A stretch of DNA of 64,000 bases from Candidatus Bathyarchaeota archaeon (GTDB lineage: Archaea; Thermoproteota; CALKCG01; B24; DRYS01), in the NCBI GenBank assembly GCA_018396535.1, contig JAGTQC010000001.1, positions 1-64,000 of the forward strand. The letters run 5' to 3'. Of this stretch, positions 1 to 10,668 are shown piece by piece. A model generated the notes under the pieces. That model was not told the DNA's origin, did not search any database, and worked only from the letters and a program-made list of their open reading frames with translations. The position numbers and the translations under genes are program-made. Every line of letters starts with the position of its first letter. The stretch's first letter is position 1.

Positions 1-930
1 TATCATAGATTTATCATCGACTTTAAGTTTCACTTCGATTTCGATAGGAAAATCAGCGTAGCCCCTACCCTTAACATATATGTAGCATACCTTAGTATTA
101 CCAAGAAAAGGTATATAATCGCTAGGTCCTATTCTAACCCTACCTTCAGATTCAAGCCTATCCCCGTATGGCAGTATACTAGTTACCGCCTTAGTCTTAC
201 TTACACGTTTATCATATAGTCTATTCTCCGCAAGCATGTTCATAAAATCAGTGTTACCACCTATATTCAACTGATATGTCTCCTCCACTCTTACACCCCT
301 CATATGGAGTAGATGAATGATTAAACGATGGAGTATAGTTGCCCCTACCTGGCCCTTGACATCGTCGCCTAGAAGCGGTATACCAGCTAGACTGAATTTC
401 TCATTCCATATAGGATCACTAGCTATGAATACAGGTATAGCGTTCACAAAAGCTACACCAGCTTTAACGCATGCCTCTGCATAGAATAGGGATGCACACC
501 TACTTCCGACTGGGAGAAGGTTAATCAATACCTCGGTATTAGTATCTTCCAGGATTCCTACTATGTCATCTAAAGATGGGTCACGCCCGCTAGTATATAC
601 ATCGAAAATGTCGCGCATATGTTCAGCTACTCCATCAAGTATAGGCCCTCTACAAACCTTTACGGAAAGCTTAGGTACATCTACGAATCTAGGTGTAACA
701 TTAGGTTTCTCGAATATAGCTTCACTAAGATCTAACCCAATCTTACGCTTACTCACATCAAACGCTGATACAAATCTTATATCACTCACCTTATAGCCTC
801 CGATAACCGGGAATATTATGCCTGGTATATGGGCTCCATAATCAATACGATTTCTATAATAGTATATGCTTTGCACTAAGAATGAAGCAGCATTACCCAC
901 TCCTGCTATACCTACCCTTATCTCACCCAT
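1..930 (-). CDS. ino1: myo-inositol-1-phosphate synthase (3' end runs off window)
   Basis: Manual translation from ATG at 930: [16 protein letters not shown]...[13 protein letters not shown]...[11 protein letters not shown]...IGPSDY; open to position 1; not in ORF track. Confidence 0.93.
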   Translation of the reverse strand, partial: MGEIRVGIAGVGNAASFLVQSIYYYRNRIDYGAHIPGIIFPVIGGYKVSDIRFVSAFDVSKRKIGLDLSEAIFEKPNVTPRFVDVPKLSVKVCRGPILDGVAEHMRDIFDVYTSGRDPSLDDIVGILEDTNTEVLINLLPVGSRCASLFYAEACVKAGVAFVNAIPVFIASDPIWNEKFSLAGIPLLGDDVKGQVGATILHRLIIHLLHMRGVRVEETYQLNIGGNTDFMNMLAENRLYDKRVSKTKAVTSILPYGDRLESEGRVRIGPSDYIPFLGNTKVCYIYVKGRGYADFPIEIEVKLKVDDKSMI

Positions 931-954
931 AACCTAGCTCACAGTATAGTTAGT

Positions 955-996
955 GATATTTAATTTCATATAAATATTTAATTGTAGTTAAATATC
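955..996. promoter_or_regulatory. AT-rich dyad-symmetric site between divergent ino1 and GH4 genes
   Basis: gatatttaa(955-963)/ttaaatatc(988-996) and palindrome taaatattta(971-980) share one axis. Confidence 0.4.
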
Positions 997-1029
997 GATT
1001 ATTAGCTAGTCTAGTGATTCACCGGAGAA

Positions 1030-2364
1030 GTGATGAAAGAGGTTAAGGTATCTATCATAGGCGCTGGTAGCTTAACCTTTACTCCATCATTAGTTAAGGC
1101 TTTAGCTAGTAGTAAGCTAGCTGATGAGTGTAAGCTAACCATAGCTTTAGTTGATATAAACAAGGATATATTAGATATCATGTTCAACGTTTCATCGAAG
1201 ATTATCGAAGCTATGGGGAAAACCTCGAATATACGTGTAGAGGAGTATACGGATAGAAGGGGGGCTTTAGAGGGGGCTGATTTCGCTATAGTTACGATAG
1301 GTGTAGGTGGCGTTGAAGCTACTCATCTAGATGTAGAAATACCTAGGAGGTACGGTGTTGAACAGATGATAGGAGATACAGTTGGACCTGGAGGAATTAT
1401 GAGGGGAATAAGACATGTACCAGTATTGATCGATATAGCTAACGATCTATCTGATCTATCTCCTAGTGCATATCTATTCAATTATTCAAATCCATTAACA
1501 GTTCTTACGAGAGCTGTTGCTAGAGAGTGTAAAGTGAGGGTTTATGGACTTTGTACAGGTATATTTGGTGTAGTGAACAGTATTGCACGCATATTTCGCG
1601 TAGAGCCTAAAGATATTAGGCTATATGTAGGTGGTATAAACCACTTCTATTGGATCCTAGATTTCACGGTTAAAGGTGAAGCAGGTTATCCTAAACTGGA
1701 GGAGATACTAAAGACGAATCCTGGTTTAGCTGAGGAGTATAAGCTGATATTCGATATATATAGGATTTATGGGCTGATAGCTGGGCCTGGTAGGCATGTA
1801 GCTGAATTTTTGCCTCATATATTCATGAAGCCTGAAGCTATAGCTAGATACGGCTTTAGAATGTTTCCAGATGGAACAATATACGATTATAAAGCTAGAA
1901 AACCGTATGAAGATCTTCTTAGATCTATCGCTTCAGGTATTAGGTCTATAGATGAGCTTATGAAGATTAGAGGGTTAGAGGAGGAGGGTATAGGAGTCGT
2001 TAAGATAATAGAGTCCATAGTTTTTGATGAACCTATATTTTATCCTGGTATAAATGTCGTTAACAATGGATGTGTAGGAGGACTACCATCATGGAGTATA
2101 GTAGAGGTTCCAGCATACATAGATTCAGCTGGTATTCATCCAGTATATGTAGGTACGTTACCTAAATCTATAATCGGATTAACCGTACCTAGGATTATTC
2201 AGTATGAATTAACTATAGATGCAGCGTTAACAGGTGATAAAAATCTAGCTGTACAAGCTATGGTTATAGATGGATACGTGGATGATATAGGGAAAGCAGA
2301 GAAAATACTTTCAGATCTTATAAAAGCTGAAGCACGATGGCTACCTGAATACTGGCTTAGATAG
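1030..2364 (+). CDS. family 4 glycoside hydrolase (NAD+/Mn2+-dependent, alpha-galactosidase/glucuronidase-like)
   Basis: IIGAGS Rossmann motif, GDTVGPGG, NYSNP, GLC, GINH motifs. Confidence 0.92.
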   Translation: MMKEVKVSIIGAGSLTFTPSLVKALASSKLADECKLTIALVDINKDILDIMFNVSSKIIEAMGKTSNIRVEEYTDRRGALEGADFAIVTIGVGGVEATHLDVEIPRRYGVEQMIGDTVGPGGIMRGIRHVPVLIDIANDLSDLSPSAYLFNYSNPLTVLTRAVARECKVRVYGLCTGIFGVVNSIARIFRVEPKDIRLYVGGINHFYWILDFTVKGEAGYPKLEEILKTNPGLAEEYKLIFDIYRIYGLIAGPGRHVAEFLPHIFMKPEAIARYGFRMFPDGTIYDYKARKPYEDLLRSIASGIRSIDELMKIRGLEEEGIGVVKIIESIVFDEPIFYPGINVVNNGCVGGLPSWSIVEVPAYIDSAGIHPVYVGTLPKSIIGLTVPRIIQYELTIDAALTGDKNLAVQAMVIDGYVDDIGKAEKILSDLIKAEARWLPEYWLR

Positions 2365-2377
2365 TAACAGCGGAAGC

Positions 2378-3292
2378 TTACACGTATATATCGACTTGGA
2401 TATCCCTAGCTAGGTTAGCATACCTATTTCTCACAGTCACCTCTGTAACATTAGCAGCTTCAGCTATTTCCCTTTGAGTCTTCTTATATCCACTTATAAT
2501 GGAAGCCATGTATAAAGCTGCTGCAGCTATACCTGTCGGGTTTTTTCCATTAGTTATCCTGAGGGATCTAGCAACCTCTACTATCCTATATGCTATAAGC
2601 TCAGCTGAAGCTGGAAGCTGTAGAGGTTTAGCTATATGTTTAACATAGCTGTGCGGTGGTATGGGTGTGACGGTTATGGTTAGATCCTTTATAAGTGAAC
2701 GATAGCTTCTACCTATCTCCTTCTTATCCATCATAGATATCTTCGATAATTCATCTAAGGTCCTTGCATGCTTGCATAGGTGACATGCAAGGTATACGGC
2801 TGCCGCAGCCATACTCTTTATAGATCTACCCTTAACCTTATTATTCTCTAAAGCCTTACGATATACTACCGATGCTGTTTCTAGAACAGACTTAGGTAGG
2901 TTTAACGCAGAGACTATCTCCATTATCGTCCTAAGTGCTAGAGCTAGATTCCTATCCCTAGCGGTTGATAAGCGGCTACGATTCTGTAACCTCCTAAGAT
3001 TCATGAACTGATTTATCTTACTTATAGGAAGACCACTCCTCGGTTTAATATCCACGATAGTCGATAATCCTTTATCATGTATAGCGTAGGTTATAGGTGC
3101 ACCCACACGTGTCCGTCTCTCCCTCTGCTCATCATCGAATGCACGCCACTCAGGACCAGGATCCATAAGTTTATCATCGATAACAGAGCCACATACGCTA
3201 CAAACTATCTCGGCTCTATCATAATCGTATATGAAGTTGCGTGAATTACAATGTGGGCATCTAATCTCTGAATTTTCATCTTTATCCGACAT
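2378..3292 (-). CDS. tfb: transcription initiation factor IIB
   Basis: CPHC..CSVC zinc ribbon, GPEWRAF, two cyclin repeats, VTEVTVRNRY. Confidence 0.97.
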   Translation of the reverse strand: MSDKDENSEIRCPHCNSRNFIYDYDRAEIVCSVCGSVIDDKLMDPGPEWRAFDDEQRERRTRVGAPITYAIHDKGLSTIVDIKPRSGLPISKINQFMNLRRLQNRSRLSTARDRNLALALRTIMEIVSALNLPKSVLETASVVYRKALENNKVKGRSIKSMAAAAVYLACHLCKHARTLDELSKISMMDKKEIGRSYRSLIKDLTITVTPIPPHSYVKHIAKPLQLPASAELIAYRIVEVARSLRITNGKNPTGIAAAALYMASIISGYKKTQREIAEAANVTEVTVRNRYANLARDIQVDIYV

Positions 3293-3301
3293 AAACTCTA
3301 C

Positions 3302-3544
3302 CTACCCCCTAGATCTACGTGGAGCAGAATAATAGAGTACAACCCCACTTTCGAGCTGTGCCTGGGTAGATTCACACTTAACGAGAGCGAACGGAGAGAA
3401 TGTAGGTCCAATTATATCCTTGACGACGCCTATCTTCTTAAGATTCCGATCGAATACGTAATCGCCAATCTTCGGTATATTTTCAAGTTTCACTACGATA
3501 TTATGATTCCTAGATAGATGGAGGATAACACCTAGACGCTGCAA
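3302..3544 (-). CDS. gar1: H/ACA RNP subunit Gar1
   Basis: IGVVKDIIGP..PFALVK motif, 80 aa, conserved position upstream of tfb. Confidence 0.85.
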   Translation of the reverse strand: MQRLGVILHLSRNHNIVVKLENIPKIGDYVFDRNLKKIGVVKDIIGPTFSPFALVKCESTQAQLESGVVLYYSAPRRSRG

Positions 3545-3693
3545 GGATGATACAGTATTTTAAGGATTCTAAACGTAAAGATAAACTTTCCTTAACTATT
3601 AGGGTAGACGGATTGATGGGTATACCTACATGTTGAATAATTCGATCCTATCTTATAGAGTAAAATCTGTTGGAGTAAACCTTATAATATCAT

Positions 3694-5049
3694 ATGAGAG
3701 GATGCTTAATTGAATTCTTGTTAGCTGATGCCCTAAAATTAGCTATAGAAACTCTAGAGATAGTCTGGTCTACGAAGACTAGTGTCAAATCGGCATTCTA
3801 TAAAGCATCTGAGAAGCATGGCGTATCGGATATTAGAGCTTTACGTATGGCTTACAGGATAGCTTACGAATCTATCAAGAACTTAAACTTAGTAGATGCT
3901 ATAGCCGAATTCATGCTGGGTAAAGAACGCTATAGTATGCTACCATCCATAGTTAAGAACATCCTTAGGGTAATAGTGTATGAGTTCAAGGTTAACCAAA
4001 ATCCGTCTAGATATAGTTTAGCCGACTATACGTCGGCTTTTCGTTCAATATATAGCTGGAAGATCCTCCAACCTATAGAACCGTATCTGGGTCGGTTAAC
4101 ATCCTTAAGCTTTGATCAAGCAAAGTTTAGTGAGTTAGATAGAATAGCTTTAACGTATCGGCAGCCTAAGTGGATCGTAGAGTATTTGGAGAGAACCCTG
4201 GGTAGAAGTTTAGCTTTAGAAATTCTAGAAGGATTGCAGAGTGAACCAAAAATTTACATTAGGATAAATACATTTAAGATAGGTCTTAATGAATGTCTAA
4301 AGATGTTAGAGGATGAGGGGTTTAAGCTAAAGCCGGTTGATAAGATACCATATGTATACGTCCTAGAGGATTATGAGAAGCCTATACCATTATCTAAGGC
4401 TTATAGAGATGGATTAATACAGGTACAAGATCTTTCAAGCTGCTATTCTGTAGTCCTTCTCGATCCTAAACCGGGTGAACGTATACTCGATCTATGCGCA
4501 GCTCCTGGTATTAAGACAAGCTACCTGGTTCAGTTAGCCAGTGGAGAAGTAGATATAATATCTATAGATGTATCGATTAAGAGGATTCTTCTTATGAAAA
4601 GCTTGATGGAGAAATCTTCTATAGAGAATGCTGGTATAATCGTAGCTGATGGAAGGTATCTACCGTTAGCAAATATAGAGTTCGATGCAGTCTTACTCGA
4701 TCCACCATGTTCAGGTACAGGTATACTGCACAGGGATCCATCCTTTAAATGGAGGTTAACCTATAAGGGTATCACCAAGTTTGCTAGCCTTCAGTATGAA
4801 CTACTAGAATCTGCATCTAGATATGTGAAGAGTGGGGGGCGTATAGTATATTCTACGTGCAGCTTGACGTTAGAGGAGAATGAATTAGTAATAGAGAGGT
4901 TTCTTAGATTGAACCCGGAGTTCTATCTATCTAAACCTAAGCTTATGCTGGGATCTGATGGGCTTAGAGGTTTAAATTATGCTAGAAGGTTGTATCCTCA
5001 TAGAGATTTATGTAATGGTTTCTTTGTAGCAGTTATAAGGAGGGTATAG
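3694..5049 (+). CDS. RsmB/NOP2-family RNA m5C methyltransferase with NusB-like N-terminus
   Basis: DLCAAPG, DPPCSG, YSTCS motifs. Confidence 0.93.
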   Translation: MRGCLIEFLLADALKLAIETLEIVWSTKTSVKSAFYKASEKHGVSDIRALRMAYRIAYESIKNLNLVDAIAEFMLGKERYSMLPSIVKNILRVIVYEFKVNQNPSRYSLADYTSAFRSIYSWKILQPIEPYLGRLTSLSFDQAKFSELDRIALTYRQPKWIVEYLERTLGRSLALEILEGLQSEPKIYIRINTFKIGLNECLKMLEDEGFKLKPVDKIPYVYVLEDYEKPIPLSKAYRDGLIQVQDLSSCYSVVLLDPKPGERILDLCAAPGIKTSYLVQLASGEVDIISIDVSIKRILLMKSLMEKSSIENAGIIVADGRYLPLANIEFDAVLLDPPCSGTGILHRDPSFKWRLTYKGITKFASLQYELLESASRYVKSGGRIVYSTCSLTLEENELVIERFLRLNPEFYLSKPKLMLGSDGLRGLNYARRLYPHRDLCNGFFVAVIRRV

Positions 5050-5052
5050 CTA

Positions 5053-5676
5053 TTGAGTATAGCTGAAGAGAAGGAGAGGATTAGGAGAACTATCTGGAGA
5101 TTATTGGAGGAGAGGGGTATAGCTAGGTATCCTCTACCATGCTATGGTCGTATACCTAATTTTGAAGGAGCTGAACGGGCGGCGTGTAGGCTAACGTATA
5201 CGGATGAGTGGAGGAGGAGCAGTACCATATTAGCTAATCCAGATTATGCTCAGAAGCCTGTGAGAGAGTACGCCTTGAAGCATGGTAAAACCATAGTTAT
5301 GGCTACACCTAGGCTTAGAAGTGGCTTCATAATAATAGATCCATCAAGGGCTAGAGGAGTTGAAAACTACGCATCGACGATAAAAGGCGCTTTCAAACTA
5401 GGTTTAATAGTGGATAAACCTCCGAAGCCAGATCTCATAATAACAGGTTGTGTAGCAGTAGATAGAGAATTCAATAGATTAGGGAAGGGGGGTGGGTACG
5501 GGGATAGAGAGATAACACTAGCTAGATCTCTCTATGGATATATACCTGTAGCTACTACTATCCATGATCTACAGTTTGTGGAAAGGATACCTGTAGAAGA
5601 ACACGATGTTAGTGTAGATATAGTAGCTACGCCGACGAGGTTAATGTATAGGGATGGATATATCGGAAAGGTCTAG
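5053..5676 (+). CDS. 5-formyltetrahydrofolate cyclo-ligase family protein (archaeal type)
   Basis: GRIPNFEGA, RLGKGGGYGDRE, HDVSVD motifs. Confidence 0.9.
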   Translation: MSIAEEKERIRRTIWRLLEERGIARYPLPCYGRIPNFEGAERAACRLTYTDEWRRSSTILANPDYAQKPVREYALKHGKTIVMATPRLRSGFIIIDPSRARGVENYASTIKGAFKLGLIVDKPPKPDLIITGCVAVDREFNRLGKGGGYGDREITLARSLYGYIPVATTIHDLQFVERIPVEEHDVSVDIVATPTRLMYRDGYIGKV

Positions 5677-5720
5677 AGATCCTTTATAAGTCAGTATGTT
5701 TGGGTTAGACTATACTCGTC

Positions 5721-7259
5721 ATGAGTTTATGGGTTCAACCACTAGATCCAATAGGGTTTCTTCCCCTCTCATGCCTAGCCGCACTTACACCTATACTATC
5801 GCTTATAGTTATACTATGCATATTTAGAGCTCCAAGCTGGAGGGCTGTAATTCTATCATCGACTACATGTTTCGCTATCTCTCTCATAATATATAGAGCC
5901 CCTATATCCATAATTCTATCGAGTTACCTATACGGTTTATCCTTCGGTTTCTGGCCTATATCATGGATTGTAGTAAACGCTATATTTCTATACAATGTAG
6001 CTAGGGAGTGCGGATGTATAGATAGGCTTATAGAATGGATGAGAAATAGTCTACCGATAAATATGGGTCTTTATGCTATATTCATAGCATTTCTACTTGG
6101 AGGACTTATAGAAGGTGTTGATGGATACGGATTCCCTATAGCTATATCTACTACACTCTTAGTAAGCTTAGGGTTTAAACCTATAGAAGCTGTCTGTATA
6201 TCACTTATAGCTAATACCGTAACCGTACCTTTCGCTAGTTTAGGTGTACCCGTAGAGACGTTGAGTACTGTATCGAATCTAGATTTAAAACCTATATGCA
6301 TGTACTTATCACTATACCTTGCTCTAATATCCGTAGCGACGCCGATTCTGATAATTAACATCGCATCCAATCACGACGGGGATAGACGTATATATGAAGC
6401 TGGGTTGTTATCAGGGATAACGCTAGCTATATTCATATATATAGTAACGATATACATGGATCCGCGTCTTTCAGGTATACTAGCACCTATAGCATCTATA
6501 CTAACAACTATACTCTATGTTAAAGTTAGATTCAGATGCAGGATTGGGTATGTAGGTTTGGATGGGTGGATGCCATGGATCATAGTATCTGTTGCTATGG
6601 GTTTCTCAAACTTTACAAGATTATATAGGCTATTCTCATTTAGTATCCCTGTACCGAGTATACATAGGTCTATCTATATACCGCTTTACGATAGCATAGT
6701 TTCTGCTGTATACGAGGTTCAACCTTTAGCTCATGGATCATTAATCTTTATTTCAGCTATAATCGTTGCCTGTATCTATAAGTTAAAGCCCTCAGATGTA
6801 TTCAGGCTATACGTATATACTTGGAGGAGGATGATGCATGCTGTAGTAGCTATAATGGGTATTCTAGGTTTAGCCTTCCTCATGAATTATACAGGGCTAT
6901 CTCTAACTTTAGGGTATACGTTATCCTATACAGGGTTATTCTACCCTCTTCTTTCAGGCTTTATAGGATGGATAGGTACGTTCGTAAGCGGATCTGAGAC
7001 AGGATCTAACGCTCTATTTGGTAACTTACAGAGAATGGCTGCGGAAATATCCGGTATAACGCCATACATAACTACTAGCCTTAACGCAGCTGGAGGAGTA
7101 CTGGGTAAGATGGTATCGTTACAGAGTATAGCTATAGGCTTATCTACTGTAGGATTGAAGGATGTTGAAGGCGTGATTATGCGTAAATTGATAGGCTATA
7201 GCCTAGTTCTAACTCTTATACTAGGTTTAACAACGTATATAATTATAGCCTTAGCTTAA
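5721..7259 (+). CDS. lctP: L-lactate permease family transporter
   Basis: Polytopic; ANTVTVPFASLG, GSETGSNALFG, GKMVSLQSI motifs. Confidence 0.88.
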   Translation: MSLWVQPLDPIGFLPLSCLAALTPILSLIVILCIFRAPSWRAVILSSTTCFAISLIIYRAPISIILSSYLYGLSFGFWPISWIVVNAIFLYNVARECGCIDRLIEWMRNSLPINMGLYAIFIAFLLGGLIEGVDGYGFPIAISTTLLVSLGFKPIEAVCISLIANTVTVPFASLGVPVETLSTVSNLDLKPICMYLSLYLALISVATPILIINIASNHDGDRRIYEAGLLSGITLAIFIYIVTIYMDPRLSGILAPIASILTTILYVKVRFRCRIGYVGLDGWMPWIIVSVAMGFSNFTRLYRLFSFSIPVPSIHRSIYIPLYDSIVSAVYEVQPLAHGSLIFISAIIVACIYKLKPSDVFRLYVYTWRRMMHAVVAIMGILGLAFLMNYTGLSLTLGYTLSYTGLFYPLLSGFIGWIGTFVSGSETGSNALFGNLQRMAAEISGITPYITTSLNAAGGVLGKMVSLQSIAIGLSTVGLKDVEGVIMRKLIGYSLVLTLILGLTTYIIIALA

Positions 7260-7287
7260 TCAAACCGAATATTTATAGGTTGACATA

Positions 7288-7743
7288 ATGAGCCATATAA
7301 ATGGTATGGGTATCCTCTCACTCTGTAGTATAATCGAAGCTAATGTAGGATATACGTTTCGATTTATAGGTATACCTACTATATGTAACGAATGCATGTA
7401 TCGTAATGTATGCTTCGAGAAACTTAAACCAGGTAGATTGTATAGAGTGGTATCCGTAAGGAGTAATAGAAAGTTCCCATGCAAACTTCACGGTGAAGTA
7501 GTATTAGTAGAGCTAGAAGAAGTGCCTATAGAGACTGCAATACCTGCTAGACAAGCGATAAGAGATGCTATCATAACGTTTAGATTAGAGAAATGCTATG
7601 ATAAAACGTGTCCTGCTTTCGATCTATGTCATGCAGAGGGATTAGAGGATAATGCTAAATACAGGGTCGTAGAAGTATACGGAGATAAGATTCCCTGTAG
7701 ATTTTACGAATTTAAATCTAGAGTTGTACTAAAACCTATCTAG
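7288..7743 (+). CDS. UPF0179 family Cys-rich protein
   Basis: CNEC..C, C.LH and C-terminal Cys pattern typical of archaeal UPF0179. Confidence 0.8.
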   Translation: MSHINGMGILSLCSIIEANVGYTFRFIGIPTICNECMYRNVCFEKLKPGRLYRVVSVRSNRKFPCKLHGEVVLVELEEVPIETAIPARQAIRDAIITFRLEKCYDKTCPAFDLCHAEGLEDNAKYRVVEVYGDKIPCRFYEFKSRVVLKPI

Positions 7744-8447
7744 CTTGCAGATTCCCCCTCTCTACTCTCCGTCCTATACCTCTCTATGAATACGACCTCA
7801 TCTATATTTCCAATATATCTTGCTACATCCATAGTAAACCCTCTCTTAGCTAGTTGAATACCTTCAGTAAGTCGTATATCACTCGGAAGCTCTACCTCGA
7901 CCCTACGTTCAGTTACTCTGATGATAGTCTTACCCACATCTATACCTGGAAATCTACGCTTTAGAAGGGCTGCGATTTTCTCCTCAACAGTCTCCAACGC
8001 TTTCCTTAAGATGATCTTATATACTAGAGTCTTACCTGCAAGCGGATGGTTGAAATCTACCTGAACCCTCCCAGCTCCTACAGCTCTCACTATCCCTATA
8101 CGTCCATCGACCTCCACCCTATCGCCGACTTTAGGTCTTGAATCTTTGGGAAACCTTCTCAAAGGTATCAAGCGAACCTTTGATGGATCCCTAGATCCAA
8201 CACCCCTATCTGGAGGTACTTCTACAACTACGGGTTCATCCTGTTTAAGATTAGGTAATACTTCTTCAACACCTTTAAGAACCCAACCTTCCCCTACTAT
8301 TATTAGTCTTGGCTCATAAACCTCACCTGCCCTATATATGCCTAGCTGCTTCGCCTCCTCCTCCATCGTGGTCTCTACAGGTTCACCAGTCTCCTTCACG
8401 GTAACGGTGTAATCGACTAGTATAAACGATCCCTTCTCGATAGGCAT
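7740..8447 (-). CDS. slyD: FKBP-type peptidyl-prolyl isomerase (long archaeal SlyD type)
   Basis: VDFNHPLAGKTL motif. Confidence 0.93.
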   Translation of the reverse strand: MPIEKGSFILVDYTVTVKETGEPVETTMEEEAKQLGIYRAGEVYEPRLIIVGEGWVLKGVEEVLPNLKQDEPVVVEVPPDRGVGSRDPSKVRLIPLRRFPKDSRPKVGDRVEVDGRIGIVRAVGAGRVQVDFNHPLAGKTLVYKIILRKALETVEEKIAALLKRRFPGIDVGKTIIRVTERRVEVELPSDIRLTEGIQLAKRGFTMDVARYIGNIDEVVFIERYRTESREGESAS

Positions 8448-8525
8448 CGGTATACACCTCCTAACGTGTAGGAAGGGGATCTATCATTAACCCTATAAAC
8501 TTTACCACTCTAGCTTATACTCGAT

Positions 8526-10271
8526 CTAAGCCTCTCGCTTCTCTACATACAATCTTTTGAATAGAGATGAGACTATAGATGCGGCTATTTTAGGCTGTCT
8601 ATCCCTAGTGAATATACCCTTCCTATTCAGTATAATCCTCATAGGATTCTGCGGTGCTCTGAAATCTGCGAAAACCCATATGTGAAGACCTACCACATAA
8701 CTCCTAGTAGATAAACCTTCGATATACTTTCTGATAAATTCAGCTTGATATTCCTCAGACCACATTTGCGGCGGATCACTATGCACACCTATAAACGAAT
8801 CCGCTCCAAACTCTGTTATAACTACCGGTTTACTCGGATATCTACTGTGAATCTCATCTAGCTCAGCTAGCATGGTATTGACCCCCATATCTATATCACC
8901 CCAATGAGAATACCATCCACGATAGAAGTTCAGTGATACGACGTCCACATGATCTAAAGCTAGATCTCTAATAGTTCTGTGAGATGCGAAAGTGACGGGT
9001 CTGGATGGATCTATCTCTTTGAAATATCTAGATAATTTGCCTATAAAATCAGCGACTTCAGGTATATCGCTTGGAGGCTCGTTCATGATACTATACATCA
9101 CTACTGACGGCCTATTTTTATGCTCTCTAATCATCTCGGATACAAATTTCTTAACTTTAGCTAGATACTCATCACTACTGAATAACTTCACTACATCATT
9201 CCTACTAAGTATACGGTCGATAGCAGAGTAGCAGAGAGGGGGCTCCAATATGACTAGGAAGCCGAATTCATCAGCCATATCGAGGTGATCACTAGAATAT
9301 GGGTAATGCGAAGTTCTGAAGGAGTTTGCACCCATCCTCTTCATAAGATAGAAATCTCTCACTAGAACAGGCCCAGGTAGATTTTTACCGAATACTGGGA
9401 AATCCTCATGTCTGCCAAAGCCTTTTAGAAATATAGGTTTATCATTGATGTATATCCTACCATCTTTAACATAGATACTTCTGAAACCTATACGTTCGTA
9501 TACTGAATCTTCGATACCTCTACTAGAATGTATTTCCACTATTAGCGTATATAGGTTAGGTTCATCTGGACTCCAAAGCTTGATGTTACTGAGGCTTTTC
9601 TCGTAGATAAATCTACCGCTACCTAAACCAGCTACCTTATCCTCACATACTATCGTAGATAGATCCTTGCTAGCTAATATGATTTTTAGATCTATGGATC
9701 TATCTGAGACGATATCTATCGAAGCTTTTAAATACCCATCGCTATCAGCGGATACTGTTATATCATCGATATAACATCTATTAGTAAACTCCAGGTATAC
9801 AGGTCTATGTATACCTCCATAATGGAAGAAATCAAAAGCGGATACATTAAGACTCAGAGATGGGGGTAGATTTTGAATCGACGGTGAATTATCAATCCTA
9901 ACGACTACCCTATTAAAGCCCTCCAGCTTTAGTTCACCTACCATATACTTAAACATAGTAAAGGATCCTTCATGCTCGCCTAATAGGGATCCATTCATCC
10001 AAACTTTGGTTCTATAACCAGCTCCCTCGAATATTATCCAAGGTATCTTCCCATCAAACTCTCTACCTATGTAGAAATCCTTCTGATACCATGCTAAACC
10101 AGTAAACTGATCCCAATCTGGATTCTGCTCATTCCAAGATGATGGGACATATATTAGATCAGGAGAATCGAATCCATTAAACCACCCGCTTTCATCACCT
10201 ATACGATCTTTATCTATCCTAAACTTCCAAAACCCGTTTAGGGGGATTCTTGGTCTAAACCAGGATTTCAC
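8526..10271 (-). CDS. GH2 beta-glucuronidase
   Basis: DFFHYGGIHRPV, RTSHYPY, NEP acid/base, TEFG nucleophile, NRKG (GUS N-x-K motif). Confidence 0.92.
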   Translation of the reverse strand: MKSWFRPRIPLNGFWKFRIDKDRIGDESGWFNGFDSPDLIYVPSSWNEQNPDWDQFTGLAWYQKDFYIGREFDGKIPWIIFEGAGYRTKVWMNGSLLGEHEGSFTMFKYMVGELKLEGFNRVVVRIDNSPSIQNLPPSLSLNVSAFDFFHYGGIHRPVYLEFTNRCYIDDITVSADSDGYLKASIDIVSDRSIDLKIILASKDLSTIVCEDKVAGLGSGRFIYEKSLSNIKLWSPDEPNLYTLIVEIHSSRGIEDSVYERIGFRSIYVKDGRIYINDKPIFLKGFGRHEDFPVFGKNLPGPVLVRDFYLMKRMGANSFRTSHYPYSSDHLDMADEFGFLVILEPPLCYSAIDRILSRNDVVKLFSSDEYLAKVKKFVSEMIREHKNRPSVVMYSIMNEPPSDIPEVADFIGKLSRYFKEIDPSRPVTFASHRTIRDLALDHVDVVSLNFYRGWYSHWGDIDMGVNTMLAELDEIHSRYPSKPVVITEFGADSFIGVHSDPPQMWSEEYQAEFIRKYIEGLSTRSYVVGLHIWVFADFRAPQNPMRIILNRKGIFTRDRQPKIAASIVSSLFKRLYVEKREA

Positions 10272-10373
10272 CCCTATACACCGAGGCTTCTTAATGATTA
10301 TTCATCCCTTAAATCTTTCTCATAGATGTGGAATCCGCTATTTCAGTAGCATCGAATAGTTGCTGGTATAATC

Positions 10374-10655
10374 TTATCGTATTATATCGAAGGATGTATA
10401 CTCCCCTCTGTACGGCTCCCAATAGATCTCTATTCGAGATACTATAGCTCCAGGTGGCCCTCTCCTACACCATTCCACCATCATCTTAACCTTATCTTCT
10501 TCACCTTCTATGATAGCTTCGACTCTACCATCAGGTAGGTTTCTAATCCATCCCTTAACGCCGAGTTTTAAAGCCTCCCTCCTAGCATTAGCTCTGAAGA
10601 AGACTCCTTGAACCCTACCAGATACGAATACATGTGCTCTAACATATCTAGACAT
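10374..10655 (-). CDS. acyP: acylphosphatase
   Basis: GRVQGVFFR, GWIRNLPDGRVE. Confidence 0.96.
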   Translation of the reverse strand: MSRYVRAHVFVSGRVQGVFFRANARREALKLGVKGWIRNLPDGRVEAIIEGEEDKVKMMVEWCRRGPPGAIVSRIEIYWEPYRGEYTSFDIIR

Positions 10656-10668
10656 AGTCTATACCACT

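Noticed and set aside
563-796. Short antisense ORFs in the track (e.g. 563-796, 6071-6370, 11099-11500, 25724-26332, 43054-43509, 58528-58869)
   Set aside because: They lie opposite well-supported genes and have no motifs
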